Source of the DNA: a virus | Lineage: Duplodnaviria > Heunggongvirae > Uroviricota > Caudoviricetes | Length of the DNA: 51,917 nucleotides | IMG/VR virus record: IMGVR_UViG_3300044950_000141 | Span: 65,670 to 117,586 of that record | Strand: one strand, 5' to 3' | In this document: positions 17,346 through 27,671 of the stretch, piece by piece | Numbering within the stretch: position 1 is the stretch's first letter | Layout: each line of letters begins with the position of its first letter | Notes under the pieces: generated by a model | Databases searched by the model: none | Told to the model about the DNA's origin: nothing | The model's input: only the letters and a program-made list of their open reading frames with translations | Made by a program: the position numbers and the translations under genes

Positions 17346-20300
17346 ATGAATATATCTTGCACAGAAGAAGTGTGTCCAATAATAATGAATGCTATTTGTG
17401 TATTCTATGAGGGTGCTGATTTAATATATACAGGGATTAATACTAATGATAATCTTCAAACTGCTCTAGAAAAAATAGATGCTAAGTTTGGTGATGCTTC
17501 TATTGGATATATATTTCAAAATGGTGTTATTCAAGCATCTCCAGGTGATCCTGTAAAACTAGGTGGTACATTAAATCAAAATACAGTTATTCTTAGTAGT
17601 GGATATACATTCACTATAACAGACTCTATTGAATCTGCTGCTTTGATAACAACAGGTGGAACATCCTCTGACTTTGTTAAAGGAGATGGCAGTCTTGACA
17701 GTGGCCCATATCAACCTGCAGGTAATTACATATCTTCTCTTTCAGGAGATGGTACTGCTACAGGTCCTGGAGCGTCTACACTAACACTAGCCACAGTAAA
17801 TACTAGTCCTGGTACATATGGATCTAGTACACTAGTTCCTAGGGTGACAGTTAATGGTAAAGGATTAGTGACAAACATCACTCCTGTTACAATAACTGTT
17901 CCTTCTGCTATTCTTATATTTGTAGGAGATGTGACAGGTGCTGGTATAACAGGATCTCCTACAACTCTTACATTACAGACAGTCAATCCTAATGTATATA
18001 GTTCTAATACATTTTTAAAGTTTGGTGTAAATGGAAAAGGTCTTGTAACATCTGCTGCTCCTATCACAGCATTAGATATAACTGGTGTATTAGGTTACAC
18101 TCCTGTACCCACTACAAGAACGCTTACAATTAATGGTTTAACACAAAACCTAGCATCTAATAGAACTTGGTCTGTAGGAACAGTGACAAGCGTAGGAATA
18201 TCTATGCCTTCTGGATTCACTGTAGGACCTCCTGTCACAAGTAGTGGAAACATTAATGTAACAGCTAATGGTACAATCGCTCAATATATAAGAGGTGATG
18301 GATCTATAGGTAGTTTTACAGCATCCACTTCAGGAAGTTCTGGAACATCAGGAACAGATGGTTCTTCTGGTACATCTGGAAGCTCTGGTTCAAGTGGTTC
18401 ATCAGCAACATCAGGTACATCTGCAAGCAGTGGTACTAGTGGTACAAATGGAACAAGTGGAAGCTCTGGTACGTCAGGCTCAAGTGGAACATCAGCAACA
18501 TCAGGCAGTTCAGGAACAGATGGCTCTAGTGGGTCAAGTGGTACATCAGGATCTTCAGGTAGTTCAGGTACATCTGCAAGCTCTGGTTCCTCTGGCTCTA
18601 GTGGAACCTCAGGTTCTTCTGGTTCTTCTGGATCTAGTGCAAGTTCAGGAACCTCTGGCAGCTCAGGTACAGATGGTTCTAGTGGCACTGATGGCTCAAG
18701 TGGTACGTCAGGAAGCTCAGGAACCACTGGTACAAGTGGTACATCAGGGAGTTCTGGTACATCTGGAAGTTCAGGTACAAGTGCTTCCTCAGGAAGTTCA
18801 GGAACAGATGGTTCAAGTGGAACATCTGCAAGCAGTGGAACTAGTGGAACTAGTGGATCTAGTGGTACGAGTGCAAGTTCTGGTTCTTCAGGAACTACTG
18901 GCACAAGTGGAACAGATGGGTCTAGTGGAACTTCAGCTTCTAGTGGGTCAAGTGGAACTAGTGCATCCTCTGGAACCAGTGCGTCATCTGGAACTAGTGG
19001 AACCTCTGGTACTAATGGAACATCAGGTAGTTCAGGAACATCAGCAACTAGTGGTTCATCAGGAACAAGTGCTTCTTCAGGACTATCAGGTGATAGATAT
19101 GCCACAACATCAACAACAACTTTTACTCTTGGTAATGCAGGAACAATAACTGTAGGTACTCAATTAGCATATACAGTGGCTCAATCAATCATTGTAGTGT
19201 ATGATGCTTTGAATTTCCAAGAGTGTGAAGTCTCATCATATAACCCAGCAACAGGCTCTCTATCTTTCTTAGCACCTACTAGAACAGTGGGTGGTGGTAC
19301 TTATTCATCATGGACAGTAAACTTAGATGGTGCTAGTGGAGGAGATGGAAGCTCTGGTACTTCTGGTTCAAGTGGAAGCTCAGCAAGTAGTGGTACAAGT
19401 GGTACGTCTGGAACAAATGGTACAAGTGGAAGCTCTGCAACAAGTGGGTCTTCAGGCACATCAGCTAGTTCTGGTACAAGTGCGTCATCAGGTACATCAG
19501 GAGTAAATGGTACTTCAGGAACTGATGGAAGCTCAGGTACTAGTGGTTCTAGTGGAACATCAGGAACCAATGGTACATCTGGTACTAATGGAACCTCTGG
19601 CTCATCAGGTACATCAGGAAGCAGTGGAAGCTCAGGAACTAGTGCGTCATCTGGTTCTAGTGGTACTAGTGCTTCAAGTGGATCTAGTGGTTCTAGTGGA
19701 AGTTCTGGTACCTCTGGCTCAAGTGGAACAAGTGGAACTAATGGAACATCAGCTTCAAGTGGATCTTCAGGAAGTTCAGGAACAAGTGGTAGCTCTGGAT
19801 CTAGTGGTACGAGTGCTTCATCAGGAAGCTCTGGTTCTAGTGGTACAACAGGAACTAGTGGATCAAGTGGAAGCAGTGGCACCTCTGGAAGTTCAGGTTC
19901 AAGTGGATCTAGTGGAACAAGTGCATCTAGTGGGTCAAGTGGTTCTACTGGAACTAGTGGAACAAGTGGTTCATCAGGAAGCAGTGGAACAAGTGGTAGT
20001 TCAGGAAGTAGTGGAACAGCAGGTTCAAGTGGTTCAAGTGGTGTAGGTGCTGTTATTGTGCTTGGAGCAGGAACATTATCATCTGTTAGATGTGGTGCGA
20101 GTAATAGTGCAACAGGTTCGTACACAGGTAACCTTGCAGGTTCAGGTAATACAATTGGTGGTTCTGCTTACAATACTATAATTGGTGGAGCTATCAATAC
20201 TGCTAGTGGAGCTTATTATGCTCATATAGGTAATGGTGCTAAACACACAGCTAGTGCAAATTTTTCTACTGTAAGTAATGGATATTGCAACATAGCAAGC

Positions 20301-23300
20301 GGTGGTTATTCTTTTATAGGTAGTGGTAATACAAATACAGCATCAGGAGATAAGTCGTTTATAGGTAATGGTCAATCTAATACTGCTTCAGGAGCTTGTT
20401 CAACTGTAGGAGGAGGTAGTAATAATTTAGCTTCAGGAATATTTTCAACTGTAGTAGGAGGTAGTAGTAACACTTCTAATAATACGAGAGCGTTTGTTGG
20501 AGGAGGTATTAGTAACACAGCATCAGCATACAATACAACAGTTGCAGGAGGATATGTTAACTCTGCCACTGTAGGTGGTGCAACAGTTGTGGGAGGTATA
20601 GGTAATACTGCATCAGGTGCTTGTAGCTTTGTAGGTGGAGGTTGTGCAAATTCAGCAACAAGCAATTTTACAACAGTAGGTGGTGGTGTTTGTAACACAG
20701 CAAGCAGTTATGCCAATACAATTGGTGGAGGATTTTATAATTATAGTGTTGGAAATTATAATACAATTTCAGCAGGTTATAAAAACTGTATTTTCTCAAC
20801 AGGCTCATTTATAGGTGGTGGTACTTGTAATTACATTTGTAATGGATTAGCTTTTTCTTGTACATCAAGTACTACAATTGCAGGTGGTGCAGGAAACAAT
20901 ACAAGTGGTGGTACATTTAATCCTACTAGTGGATATTTTAGTGTTGCTCCTACAGCTTTTTATGCAGCAGGACAATTTAGTTTTATAGGTGGAGGATTTC
21001 AGAATAGAGCAACAGGGACAAGTTCTGTTGTAGGAGGAGGTAAATCTAACACATCTTCAGGACTTTATTCAGTTGTTGGAGGAGGGTATCTGAACGTAGC
21101 AAATGGTGATACTTCTGCTGTATTAAGTGGACAACAAAATACATCATCATCTAATCAATCTGTAGTTGCAGGCGGTTATTTAAACACAGCTTCAGCATAT
21201 AGAGCAACTATTGCAGGTGGTCAGTCAAATACAGCATCAGGTAATTGTTCAACAGTTGGAGGAGGTCAAGCAAATCTTGCTTCAGTAGCTCATTCAACAG
21301 TGGCAGGAGGTATATCAAACATAGCTTCAGGGAACTGTTCATTTGTTGGTGGAGGATGTAGAAACTATTCAACAGGTGCTTGGTCTGCAATTGTAGGTGG
21401 CAGTGATAGCTGTGCCACAAGTACAAGAGCTTTTGTTGGTGGAGGTTATAATAATACTGCATCAAGCACATATTCAACAGTATCAGGTGGCTATGTAAAT
21501 GTAGCATCAGGTGGTCGTTCATTTGTAGGTGGAGGAACGAGTAACTTGGCATCAGGAGCAAATTCAACTGTGTCAGGTGGTATATCTAACACAGCTTCAG
21601 GTAACTGCTCTGTAGTTGCAGGGGGTAAAAATAATACAGCTTCTAATGCATATACATTTGTAGGTGGTGGTAATTTTACTATTGCTTGTGGAGTAAGTGC
21701 AACAGCAAGTGGCGGATATGCTTCACACGCTTATGGTAATTATTCAACAGTAGGTGGTGGATGTGGAAACAATGCTTTATCAGCTTGTTCAACTGTTGCA
21801 GGTGGTCGAGGTAATACAGCTAATTTTGCAGGTGCTGCAATAGTAGGAGGTCAATTAAATACAGCTTCTTATTATTTTTCTTTTGTAGGAGCAGGTAATT
21901 CTAATATAGCAAATAATTATGCAAGTGCTGTAGCAGGAGGTAGTAGTAATACAGCATCAGGTTATCGTTCATTTGTAGGGGCAGGTATAAGTAACACAGC
22001 TTCAGGTAATTGTTCTACAGTAGGTGGTGGTGAGAGTAATCAAGCATCAGGTGTATATTCAGCAACAGGGGGAGGAGTTCTTAATATTGCATCAGGAATT
22101 GATTCTGTGGTTGCAGGTGGGCGTTCAAATTCAGTATCAACACTTCGTTCTGCGGTAGGAGGAGGATTCCAAAACACAATTACCACAGGTGGCTATTCTA
22201 CTATTAGTGGCGGTTATGCTAATATTGCTTCAGGTGCAATATCATTTGTTGGTGGTGGATGTAGAAACTGTACAACATCAGCTTATTCTGTAGCTGTTGG
22301 AGGTAGAGCAAATACAGCAGCAGGAAGTGGTTATTCGTTTGTTGGTGGTGGTATAACAAATACAGCAAGTGGTTCATATTATTCTTTTGTGGGTGGTGGT
22401 TCTTCTAACACAGCTTCAGGAATAAGGTCAACTATTAGTGGTGGTGCAGGTAATACAGCATCAGGTGCAATATCATTTGTAGGAGGTGGTCAATCTAACG
22501 CAGCTTCAGGAGCTTGTTCTACTATTGGAGGAGGACAAGGTAATACAGCAACAGGTGCTAAATCATTTGTAGGAGGTGGATATAATAATACTGCTTCAAT
22601 TGCAAATGGAGTTGTAAGTGGTGGTTTAGGTAATACTGCATCAGGTTATTCAGGAACTGTAAGTGGTGGTTATCAAGGATTAAATAACCAAGCCTATGGA
22701 ACTTTAGGTGGTGGTACATTCAATAGTGTTTGCCATTCAGTTAGTGATATATGTGCATTAGGTGCAACAGTAGGTGGCGGTGTAGGTAGCAACTCTACAG
22801 GAGGAACATTTGTAAATGGATGGACAGTTAATCCAACAAGAGTAAACGCAGGTAGATATAGTACAGTAGCAGGTGGATTCCAAAATAAAGCAACAAGCAC
22901 AAGTGCTACAATTGGTGGTGGTTATCAAAACACTGCAAGTAATAGTTATTCTACTGCATCAGGTGGTTATAGAAATACAGCATCAGGAGTAGTATCAACA
23001 ATATCAGGTGGTTCAAATAATTTTGTATCATCAAATTATTCCACTGTAGGTGGAGGTACTTCTAACTGTATAACAGCAGGAAGAAACCACGTAATTGGCG
23101 GTGGTGAAACAAACACTATTAGTGCTAACTATTTTGGTACAGTTGGTGGTGGTGTATCTAATACAGCGTCAGGTTATAAATCTACAGTGGGAGGTGGCAG
23201 AACAAATGTTGCTTCAGCAGAATATTCAACAGCATCAGGAGGGCAAAGCAACACAGCTTCAGGGGTAGGTACATTTGTAGGGAGTGGATTAGGAAATACA

Positions 23301-25241
23301 GCAAATGGTACTCGTTCAGCTGTTGTAGGTGGTTCATCAAATGCAGCATCAGGTGTATGTAGCTTTGTAGGAAGTGGTCAAGGTAACAATTCATTAGCAA
23401 ATGCTTCGTTTATTGGTGGTGGTCAAGCTAATACTGCAAATGCAAACCAATCAACTGTAGTAGGAGGATATGGAAATACAGCTTCAGGTTATCGTTCATT
23501 TGTTGGTGGAGGTATATCAAATACATCTTCAGCATATAGAACAACAGTTTCAGGAGGTGATAGTAATGGTGCAACAGCAAACTATGCTACAGTAGGGGGT
23601 GGTATATCTAATACAGCTAGTTCTACTAATGCATTTGTAGGAGGTGGACAAGCAAACATATCTTCTAACGGAAGTACAACAGTTGCAGGTGGGACAAGTA
23701 ACACAGCTTCAGGATTAAGAGCTACAGTAGGAGGTGGCGATACTAATACAGCTTCAGGTGGACAATCAACAGTAAGTGGTGGTAACACTAACATAGCTTC
23801 AGGTGCTTGTTCATTTGTAGGTGGTGGAACAGGAAATAATGCAGTTAGTTTAGGTTCTTTTGTAGGCGGTGGAAGTATCAATACAGCTTGTGGTCCATAT
23901 AAAGCAGCAGTAGTGGGTGGAGGAAGTAACACTGCTTCAGGATATTATTCATTTATTGGAGCAGGATATGCAAACTGCATTTGCAACGTTTATTCAGGAA
24001 CAATATCAGGAGGTTATCAGAATACAATTTCAGCAGGTTGTCATGGATTTATTGGTGGTGGTAGACAAAACGTAGTTGCAGGTGTTCACGCAGGTGTAGT
24101 GTCAGGTATTTTAAACACAGCTTCAGGCAGTTGTTCATTTGTGGGTGGTGGTAGACTTCATACTGCTGCTGCGGGATTTTCAACTGTATCAGGAGGTTAT
24201 TGTCATACATCAAGTGGATATGGTTCAACAGTTGGTGGTGGCTATAGAAACACTGCAAACAATACCTATTCAACAGTAGCAGGGGGAAGCGGTCAATTAG
24301 CAACAGGAGCTAGATCTGTATTAGGAGGTGGAAGTGATAATATTGCTTCAGGAACTTATGCGTCAGTAATAGGAGGTATTTCAAATACAGCATCAGGACT
24401 TTGTTCAACCGTTGGGGGTGGTCAAGGTAATGTTGCATCAGGATGTTGGAACTTTGTAGGTGGTGGCCTTAGCAATACAGCAAGTGGTCTTTATTATGCA
24501 AGTGTAGTCGGTGGTGTTGGAAACATTGCTTGTTGTTCTTATTCAGCAATTGGTGGAGGATATTATAACTGTACAGGGTTTGTAGCTTCTGTAGGTGGAG
24601 GAGATGGTAACAAAGCTATGGGTAACTATTCAGCTATTGCTGGTGGATATTGTAACTGTGCTTCAGGCGCTTGTTCGTTCATTGGTGGTGGTGGTTCTTT
24701 TGGCGCAGGGGGTAATGTTGCATCAGGAGCTTGGTCAGCTATTTTAGGCGGTTTAAGTAATACAGCATCAGGTGCATTTTCAGGAGCATTTGGTTGTGGG
24801 TTAGCAGCTTCAGCAGCTTGTACATTCTATTCAAACAACTTCTGTGCAACTTCTTGTATAAATGCAGCAAGCAGGGGTACTTTTCTTGGAGCTGTTGACA
24901 ATGCTTTATTTAGTTTAAATAGTGGAGGTACATTGTACACAGTTGGATTTAGTCCAACAGCAAGTGCAAGTAGTACAAATACTTTTACATTAACAAATGG
25001 TACAACTACTTGGATTTACACTGGTAGTGGTGCGGCAACTTGGACACTTCCTAATCCTAGCGGTAATAACCAAATATATTGGATTAAAAACGCTGGCACT
25101 GGTGCAATAACTTTAAATGCTTTTAGTGGTACTAATATAATAAATAATAGTGCGACATCAGTAGGTAGTATTTCAATAGCGGTTGGTGCAACAGCAGTAA
25201 TCGCCCAAGACGGAAACGTAAAATCTTATCAATTACAATAA
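17346..25241 (+). CDS. Giant tail/head fibre or adhesin: N-terminal anchor, two Ser/Thr Gly-X-Y blocks, ~100 15-aa beta-solenoid repeats, C-terminal tip
   Basis: 2631 aa. SSG/TSG/TDG triplets followed by [T/F]VGGGxxNxASGxxS repeats. It lies downstream of the ejection genes. Confidence 0.8.
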   Translation: MNISCTEEVCPIIMNAICVFYEGADLIYTGINTNDNLQTALEKIDAKFGDASIGYIFQNGVIQASPGDPVKLGGTLNQNTVILSSGYTFTITDSIESAALITTGGTSSDFVKGDGSLDSGPYQPAGNYISSLSGDGTATGPGASTLTLATVNTSPGTYGSSTLVPRVTVNGKGLVTNITPVTITVPSAILIFVGDVTGAGITGSPTTLTLQTVNPNVYSSNTFLKFGVNGKGLVTSAAPITALDITGVLGYTPVPTTRTLTINGLTQNLASNRTWSVGTVTSVGISMPSGFTVGPPVTSSGNINVTANGTIAQYIRGDGSIGSFTASTSGSSGTSGTDGSSGTSGSSGSSGSSATSGTSASSGTSGTNGTSGSSGTSGSSGTSATSGSSGTDGSSGSSGTSGSSGSSGTSASSGSSGSSGTSGSSGSSGSSASSGTSGSSGTDGSSGTDGSSGTSGSSGTTGTSGTSGSSGTSGSSGTSASSGSSGTDGSSGTSASSGTSGTSGSSGTSASSGSSGTTGTSGTDGSSGTSASSGSSGTSASSGTSASSGTSGTSGTNGTSGSSGTSATSGSSGTSASSGLSGDRYATTSTTTFTLGNAGTITVGTQLAYTVAQSIIVVYDALNFQECEVSSYNPATGSLSFLAPTRTVGGGTYSSWTVNLDGASGGDGSSGTSGSSGSSASSGTSGTSGTNGTSGSSATSGSSGTSASSGTSASSGTSGVNGTSGTDGSSGTSGSSGTSGTNGTSGTNGTSGSSGTSGSSGSSGTSASSGSSGTSASSGSSGSSGSSGTSGSSGTSGTNGTSASSGSSGSSGTSGSSGSSGTSASSGSSGSSGTTGTSGSSGSSGTSGSSGSSGSSGTSASSGSSGSTGTSGTSGSSGSSGTSGSSGSSGTAGSSGSSGVGAVIVLGAGTLSSVRCGASNSATGSYTGNLAGSGNTIGGSAYNTIIGGAINTASGAYYAHIGNGAKHTASANFSTVSNGYCNIASGGYSFIGSGNTNTASGDKSFIGNGQSNTASGACSTVGGGSNNLASGIFSTVVGGSSNTSNNTRAFVGGGISNTASAYNTTVAGGYVNSATVGGATVVGGIGNTASGACSFVGGGCANSATSNFTTVGGGVCNTASSYANTIGGGFYNYSVGNYNTISAGYKNCIFSTGSFIGGGTCNYICNGLAFSCTSSTTIAGGAGNNTSGGTFNPTSGYFSVAPTAFYAAGQFSFIGGGFQNRATGTSSVVGGGKSNTSSGLYSVVGGGYLNVANGDTSAVLSGQQNTSSSNQSVVAGGYLNTASAYRATIAGGQSNTASGNCSTVGGGQANLASVAHSTVAGGISNIASGNCSFVGGGCRNYSTGAWSAIVGGSDSCATSTRAFVGGGYNNTASSTYSTVSGGYVNVASGGRSFVGGGTSNLASGANSTVSGGISNTASGNCSVVAGGKNNTASNAYTFVGGGNFTIACGVSATASGGYASHAYGNYSTVGGGCGNNALSACSTVAGGRGNTANFAGAAIVGGQLNTASYYFSFVGAGNSNIANNYASAVAGGSSNTASGYRSFVGAGISNTASGNCSTVGGGESNQASGVYSATGGGVLNIASGIDSVVAGGRSNSVSTLRSAVGGGFQNTITTGGYSTISGGYANIASGAISFVGGGCRNCTTSAYSVAVGGRANTAAGSGYSFVGGGITNTASGSYYSFVGGGSSNTASGIRSTISGGAGNTASGAISFVGGGQSNAASGACSTIGGGQGNTATGAKSFVGGGYNNTASIANGVVSGGLGNTASGYSGTVSGGYQGLNNQAYGTLGGGTFNSVCHSVSDICALGATVGGGVGSNSTGGTFVNGWTVNPTRVNAGRYSTVAGGFQNKATSTSATIGGGYQNTASNSYSTASGGYRNTASGVVSTISGGSNNFVSSNYSTVGGGTSNCITAGRNHVIGGGETNTISANYFGTVGGGVSNTASGYKSTVGGGRTNVASAEYSTASGGQSNTASGVGTFVGSGLGNTANGTRSAVVGGSSNAASGVCSFVGSGQGNNSLANASFIGGGQANTANANQSTVVGGYGNTASGYRSFVGGGISNTSSAYRTTVSGGDSNGATANYATVGGGISNTASSTNAFVGGGQANISSNGSTTVAGGTSNTASGLRATVGGGDTNTASGGQSTVSGGNTNIASGACSFVGGGTGNNAVSLGSFVGGGSINTACGPYKAAVVGGGSNTASGYYSFIGAGYANCICNVYSGTISGGYQNTISAGCHGFIGGGRQNVVAGVHAGVVSGILNTASGSCSFVGGGRLHTAAAGFSTVSGGYCHTSSGYGSTVGGGYRNTANNTYSTVAGGSGQLATGARSVLGGGSDNIASGTYASVIGGISNTASGLCSTVGGGQGNVASGCWNFVGGGLSNTASGLYYASVVGGVGNIACCSYSAIGGGYYNCTGFVASVGGGDGNKAMGNYSAIAGGYCNCASGACSFIGGGGSFGAGGNVASGAWSAILGGLSNTASGAFSGAFGCGLAASAACTFYSNNFCATSCINAASRGTFLGAVDNALFSLNSGGTLYTVGFSPTASASSTNTFTLTNGTTTWIYTGSGAATWTLPNPSGNNQIYWIKNAGTGAITLNAFSGTNIINNSATSVGSISIAVGATAVIAQDGNVKSYQLQ
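18327..19092 (+). repeat. Gly-X-Y (Ser/Thr) 9-nt period repeat block 1
   Basis: Roughly 85 triplets TSG/SSG/TDG/TNG, with occasional Ala in place of Gly. Confidence 0.9.
19340..20043 (+). repeat. Gly-X-Y (Ser/Thr) 9-nt period repeat block 2
   Basis: Roughly 78 triplets, separated from block 1 by an ~80 aa globular spacer (DRYATTS...WTVNLDG). Confidence 0.9.
20130..24800 (+). repeat. 15-residue (45-nt) degenerate tandem repeat array
   Basis: Consecutive units such as TVGGGSNNLASGIFS / TVVGGSSNTSNNTRA / FVGGGISNTASAYNT. Confidence 0.9.
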
Positions 25242-25242
25242 T

Positions 25243-25563
25243 ATGAAAACAATAACCCCACAACCAATTTGGATTGACGGTATGTCAAAATTAGCAACTG
25301 TAATATATTCGCAAGTTAATAGCGATAATATGAAAGACACTGCAACTTTCTATTTTCAATTATATGAACAAGTTGAACATAACATAATGCCATTAGTTAA
25401 TGGTAAAATTGATATGACTGGTGCTAATTATATTACCTATAATAGTGCAACTGATGCTAACGCTTATGCTTGGCAGTGGATTGCAACTACATTAGGTTTA
25501 ACAATTACTGGCGAATATATCCCTCCACCAACACCAGCAGAATTAAAACAAGGAGTTTCTTAA
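25243..25563 (+). CDS. Putative fibre assembly/chaperone or tip-associated protein
   Basis: 106 aa, starts 1 nt after the fibre stop. The function is inferred from position only. Confidence 0.5.
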   Translation: MKTITPQPIWIDGMSKLATVIYSQVNSDNMKDTATFYFQLYEQVEHNIMPLVNGKIDMTGANYITYNSATDANAYAWQWIATTLGLTITGEYIPPPTPAELKQGVS

Positions 25564-25570
25564 AATTTAG

Positions 25571-25578
25571 TATATTTG
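25571..25578 (+). promoter_or_regulatory. Candidate -7 element (TATATTTG)
   Basis: TAnnTTTG 27 nt before ATG 25606. No clear -33 TTG. Confidence 0.45.
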
Positions 25579-25605
25579 TAAATTAAAAAATAAAAACAAA
25601 CAATT

Positions 25606-25929
25606 ATGGCAAACTTATGGAACACAATCCACATCTTTGGATTTGGAACAGTTCAGGCAATATCTGACACACAAAATGTACAAGCACCAATAGCTGCTTT
25701 CCAAGCAGAAGTGGATGCTGTGGTAGATGATGTATGGGCAGGCAAACCAGCAGATTACACAGGTCCAAAGACCTATCATGCTATTAACAACTTCAACACT
25801 TTGTTTAGTGACTGGTTACCTAATAGCCCAGACGCACAATCATTTAGAGTGGAAGCTGCTAATCTTGATCAAACTTTATTGGACACTTTGGCAGCATCTG
25901 TATTAGCATATGTTCCCCCTACAAATTAA
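25606..25929 (+). CDS. Hypothetical protein (possibly virion-associated)
   Basis: 107 aa ORF with an A-rich start context (aattATGG). Confidence 0.7.
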   Translation: MANLWNTIHIFGFGTVQAISDTQNVQAPIAAFQAEVDAVVDDVWAGKPADYTGPKTYHAINNFNTLFSDWLPNSPDAQSFRVEAANLDQTLLDTLAASVLAYVPPTN

Positions 25930-25958
25930 ATTAATTTTTTAATTTAATTAATTATTCA

Positions 25959-25966
25959 TAACTTTG
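25959..25966 (+). promoter_or_regulatory. Candidate -7 element (TAACTTTG) for the GT9/sulfotransferase operon
   Basis: TAnnTTTG overlaps the TTG that the ORF track took as start, which favours ATG 25982. Confidence 0.5.
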
Positions 25967-25981
25967 AGCAAAACTCATAGT

Positions 25982-26851
25982 ATGAATATAATATTCCAAA
26001 TCAATGGTGGTATTGGCAAAGTTATTGCTAGTACTGCCATTTGTGCTTCTATAAAGGCACAGTATCCTGACGCTAAACTTATTGTTGTTAGTGGTTATCC
26101 AGATGTATTTTTAGGTAATAAGAATGTTGATAGAGCATATGTCTTTGGTCAACAAGCTTATTTTTATAAGGAATACATTGAGAATCAAGAAGTTATAGTG
26201 TTTGGACATGATCCTTACTTAGAGGCAAAGCATATTAAGCAAGAAGAACACCTTATTGAAACATGGTGTAAATTGTATGGTTTACCAGTTACAAAAACTG
26301 CTGGAGAGTTATTTCTAACACAAAGAGAAATAGATTTCTTTAGTCAAAAGTTTGTATCTGATAAGCCTATTTTTTTGATGCAAACTAATGGTGGTGCTGA
26401 ATCTGATATCAAATACTCATGGGCTAGAGATATTCCTAGCTATGTTGTAGAGAATGTCATCCATGAATTTAGAGAGCAATATAACATTGTACATATAAGA
26501 AGAGATGACCAAATTAAATATGATGGAACGTTTGGTGTATCAGATACATTCAGATCTTTGCTTGTTCTTGTAGGTATAAGTGAGAAAAGATTATTTATGG
26601 ATAGCTTTGCACAACATGCTGCAGCTGCTTTAAATAAACCATCCACTGTATTATGGGTTGTAAATAGTCCTAAAGTATTTGGTTATAACATACACAGTAA
26701 TATCACAGCTAATCCAGAAACCACTACACCAGAATTGCGTAATGCATATCTTGGGAAATACAATATTGCAGGTGATCCTCTTGAGTTTCCTTACAACAAT
26801 GAGTCTGAAATATTTAATGTAGATGCTGTTATTAAATCTTTAAAATCTTAA
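25982..26851 (+). CDS. Glycosyltransferase family 9-like (heptosyltransferase-like, GT-B)
   Basis: N-terminal NGGIGKVIAST..IKAQYPDAKL and C-terminal DSFAQHAAAALNKPSTVLW resemble GT9 motifs. Confidence 0.75.
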   Translation: MNIIFQINGGIGKVIASTAICASIKAQYPDAKLIVVSGYPDVFLGNKNVDRAYVFGQQAYFYKEYIENQEVIVFGHDPYLEAKHIKQEEHLIETWCKLYGLPVTKTAGELFLTQREIDFFSQKFVSDKPIFLMQTNGGAESDIKYSWARDIPSYVVENVIHEFREQYNIVHIRRDDQIKYDGTFGVSDTFRSLLVLVGISEKRLFMDSFAQHAAAALNKPSTVLWVVNSPKVFGYNIHSNITANPETTTPELRNAYLGKYNIAGDPLEFPYNNESEIFNVDAVIKSLKS

Positions 26852-26852
26852 T

Positions 26853-27671
26853 ATGGAAAAGATATTCTATCAAAGTTCTTTACCAAGAGCAGGTTCAACA
26901 TTGTTACAAAACATATTAGCACAAAACTCAGACATCTATGCTACACCAACTAGTGGTGTTCTTGAGTTAGTGTTTGCAGCTAGAGGAAACTATACAGATA
27001 GTCCTGAGTTCCAAGCTCAAGATCCTGAGATAATGAAGACAGCATTCCAAGCTTTCTGTAGATTTGGTATGGAGGCTTATTACAATGCTATTACAAATAA
27101 GAAATACATTGTAGATAAATCTAGAGGATGGGGAATACATTATGACTTCCTAAACTTTGTTCACCCAGAGCCAAAGATTATATGCATGGTGAGAGACTTA
27201 AGAGATGTATTTGCATCAATGGAAAACAACTATAGAAAGAATCCTGACAAAGCAAATGCCATCCTTAATTGGGCACAGATGCAAGGCACAACAGTTCCAA
27301 AGCGTGTAGACATTTGGGCACAGGGTCAACCTGTAGGACTTGCTATTGAAAGGTTGCAAGAGTTGTTTAGATTAGGCATAGACAAGCATGTTTTATTTGT
27401 AAAGTTTGAAGACTTATGTTTATATCCTGATAGCACAATGGTAAAAATATACGAGTATTTAGGCATACCATATTACCAACATGATTGGGATAACATAGAG
27501 CAAGTAACTAAAGAAGATGATGAAGTGTATGGAAGCTTTGGTGACCATGTAATTCGTACAAAACTTGAACCTGTAAGAAGTAAAGCAAAAGAACTATTAG
27601 GTAAAGATGTTACAGATTGGATTTGGAATAATTATGAATGGTTTTTTAAACAATTTAGATATACAAAATGA
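26853..27671 (+). CDS. PAPS-dependent sulfotransferase
   Basis: 5'-PSB loop SLPRAGSTLL and 3'-PB motif RDLRDVFAS. Confidence 0.85.
   Translation: MEKIFYQSSLPRAGSTLLQNILAQNSDIYATPTSGVLELVFAARGNYTDSPEFQAQDPEIMKTAFQAFCRFGMEAYYNAITNKKYIVDKSRGWGIHYDFLNFVHPEPKIICMVRDLRDVFASMENNYRKNPDKANAILNWAQMQGTTVPKRVDIWAQGQPVGLAIERLQELFRLGIDKHVLFVKFEDLCLYPDSTMVKIYEYLGIPYYQHDWDNIEQVTKEDDEVYGSFGDHVIRTKLEPVRSKAKELLGKDVTDWIWNNYEWFFKQFRYTK

Noticed and set aside
18281-20125. Long alternate-frame and antisense ORFs (18281-19105, 18358-19149, 19301-20125, 19507-20046) encoding EP/VP/LP or V/Q/L repeats
   Set aside because: Shadow ORFs: the S/G/T triplet repeat lacks stop codons in other frames, and there are no separate start signals.
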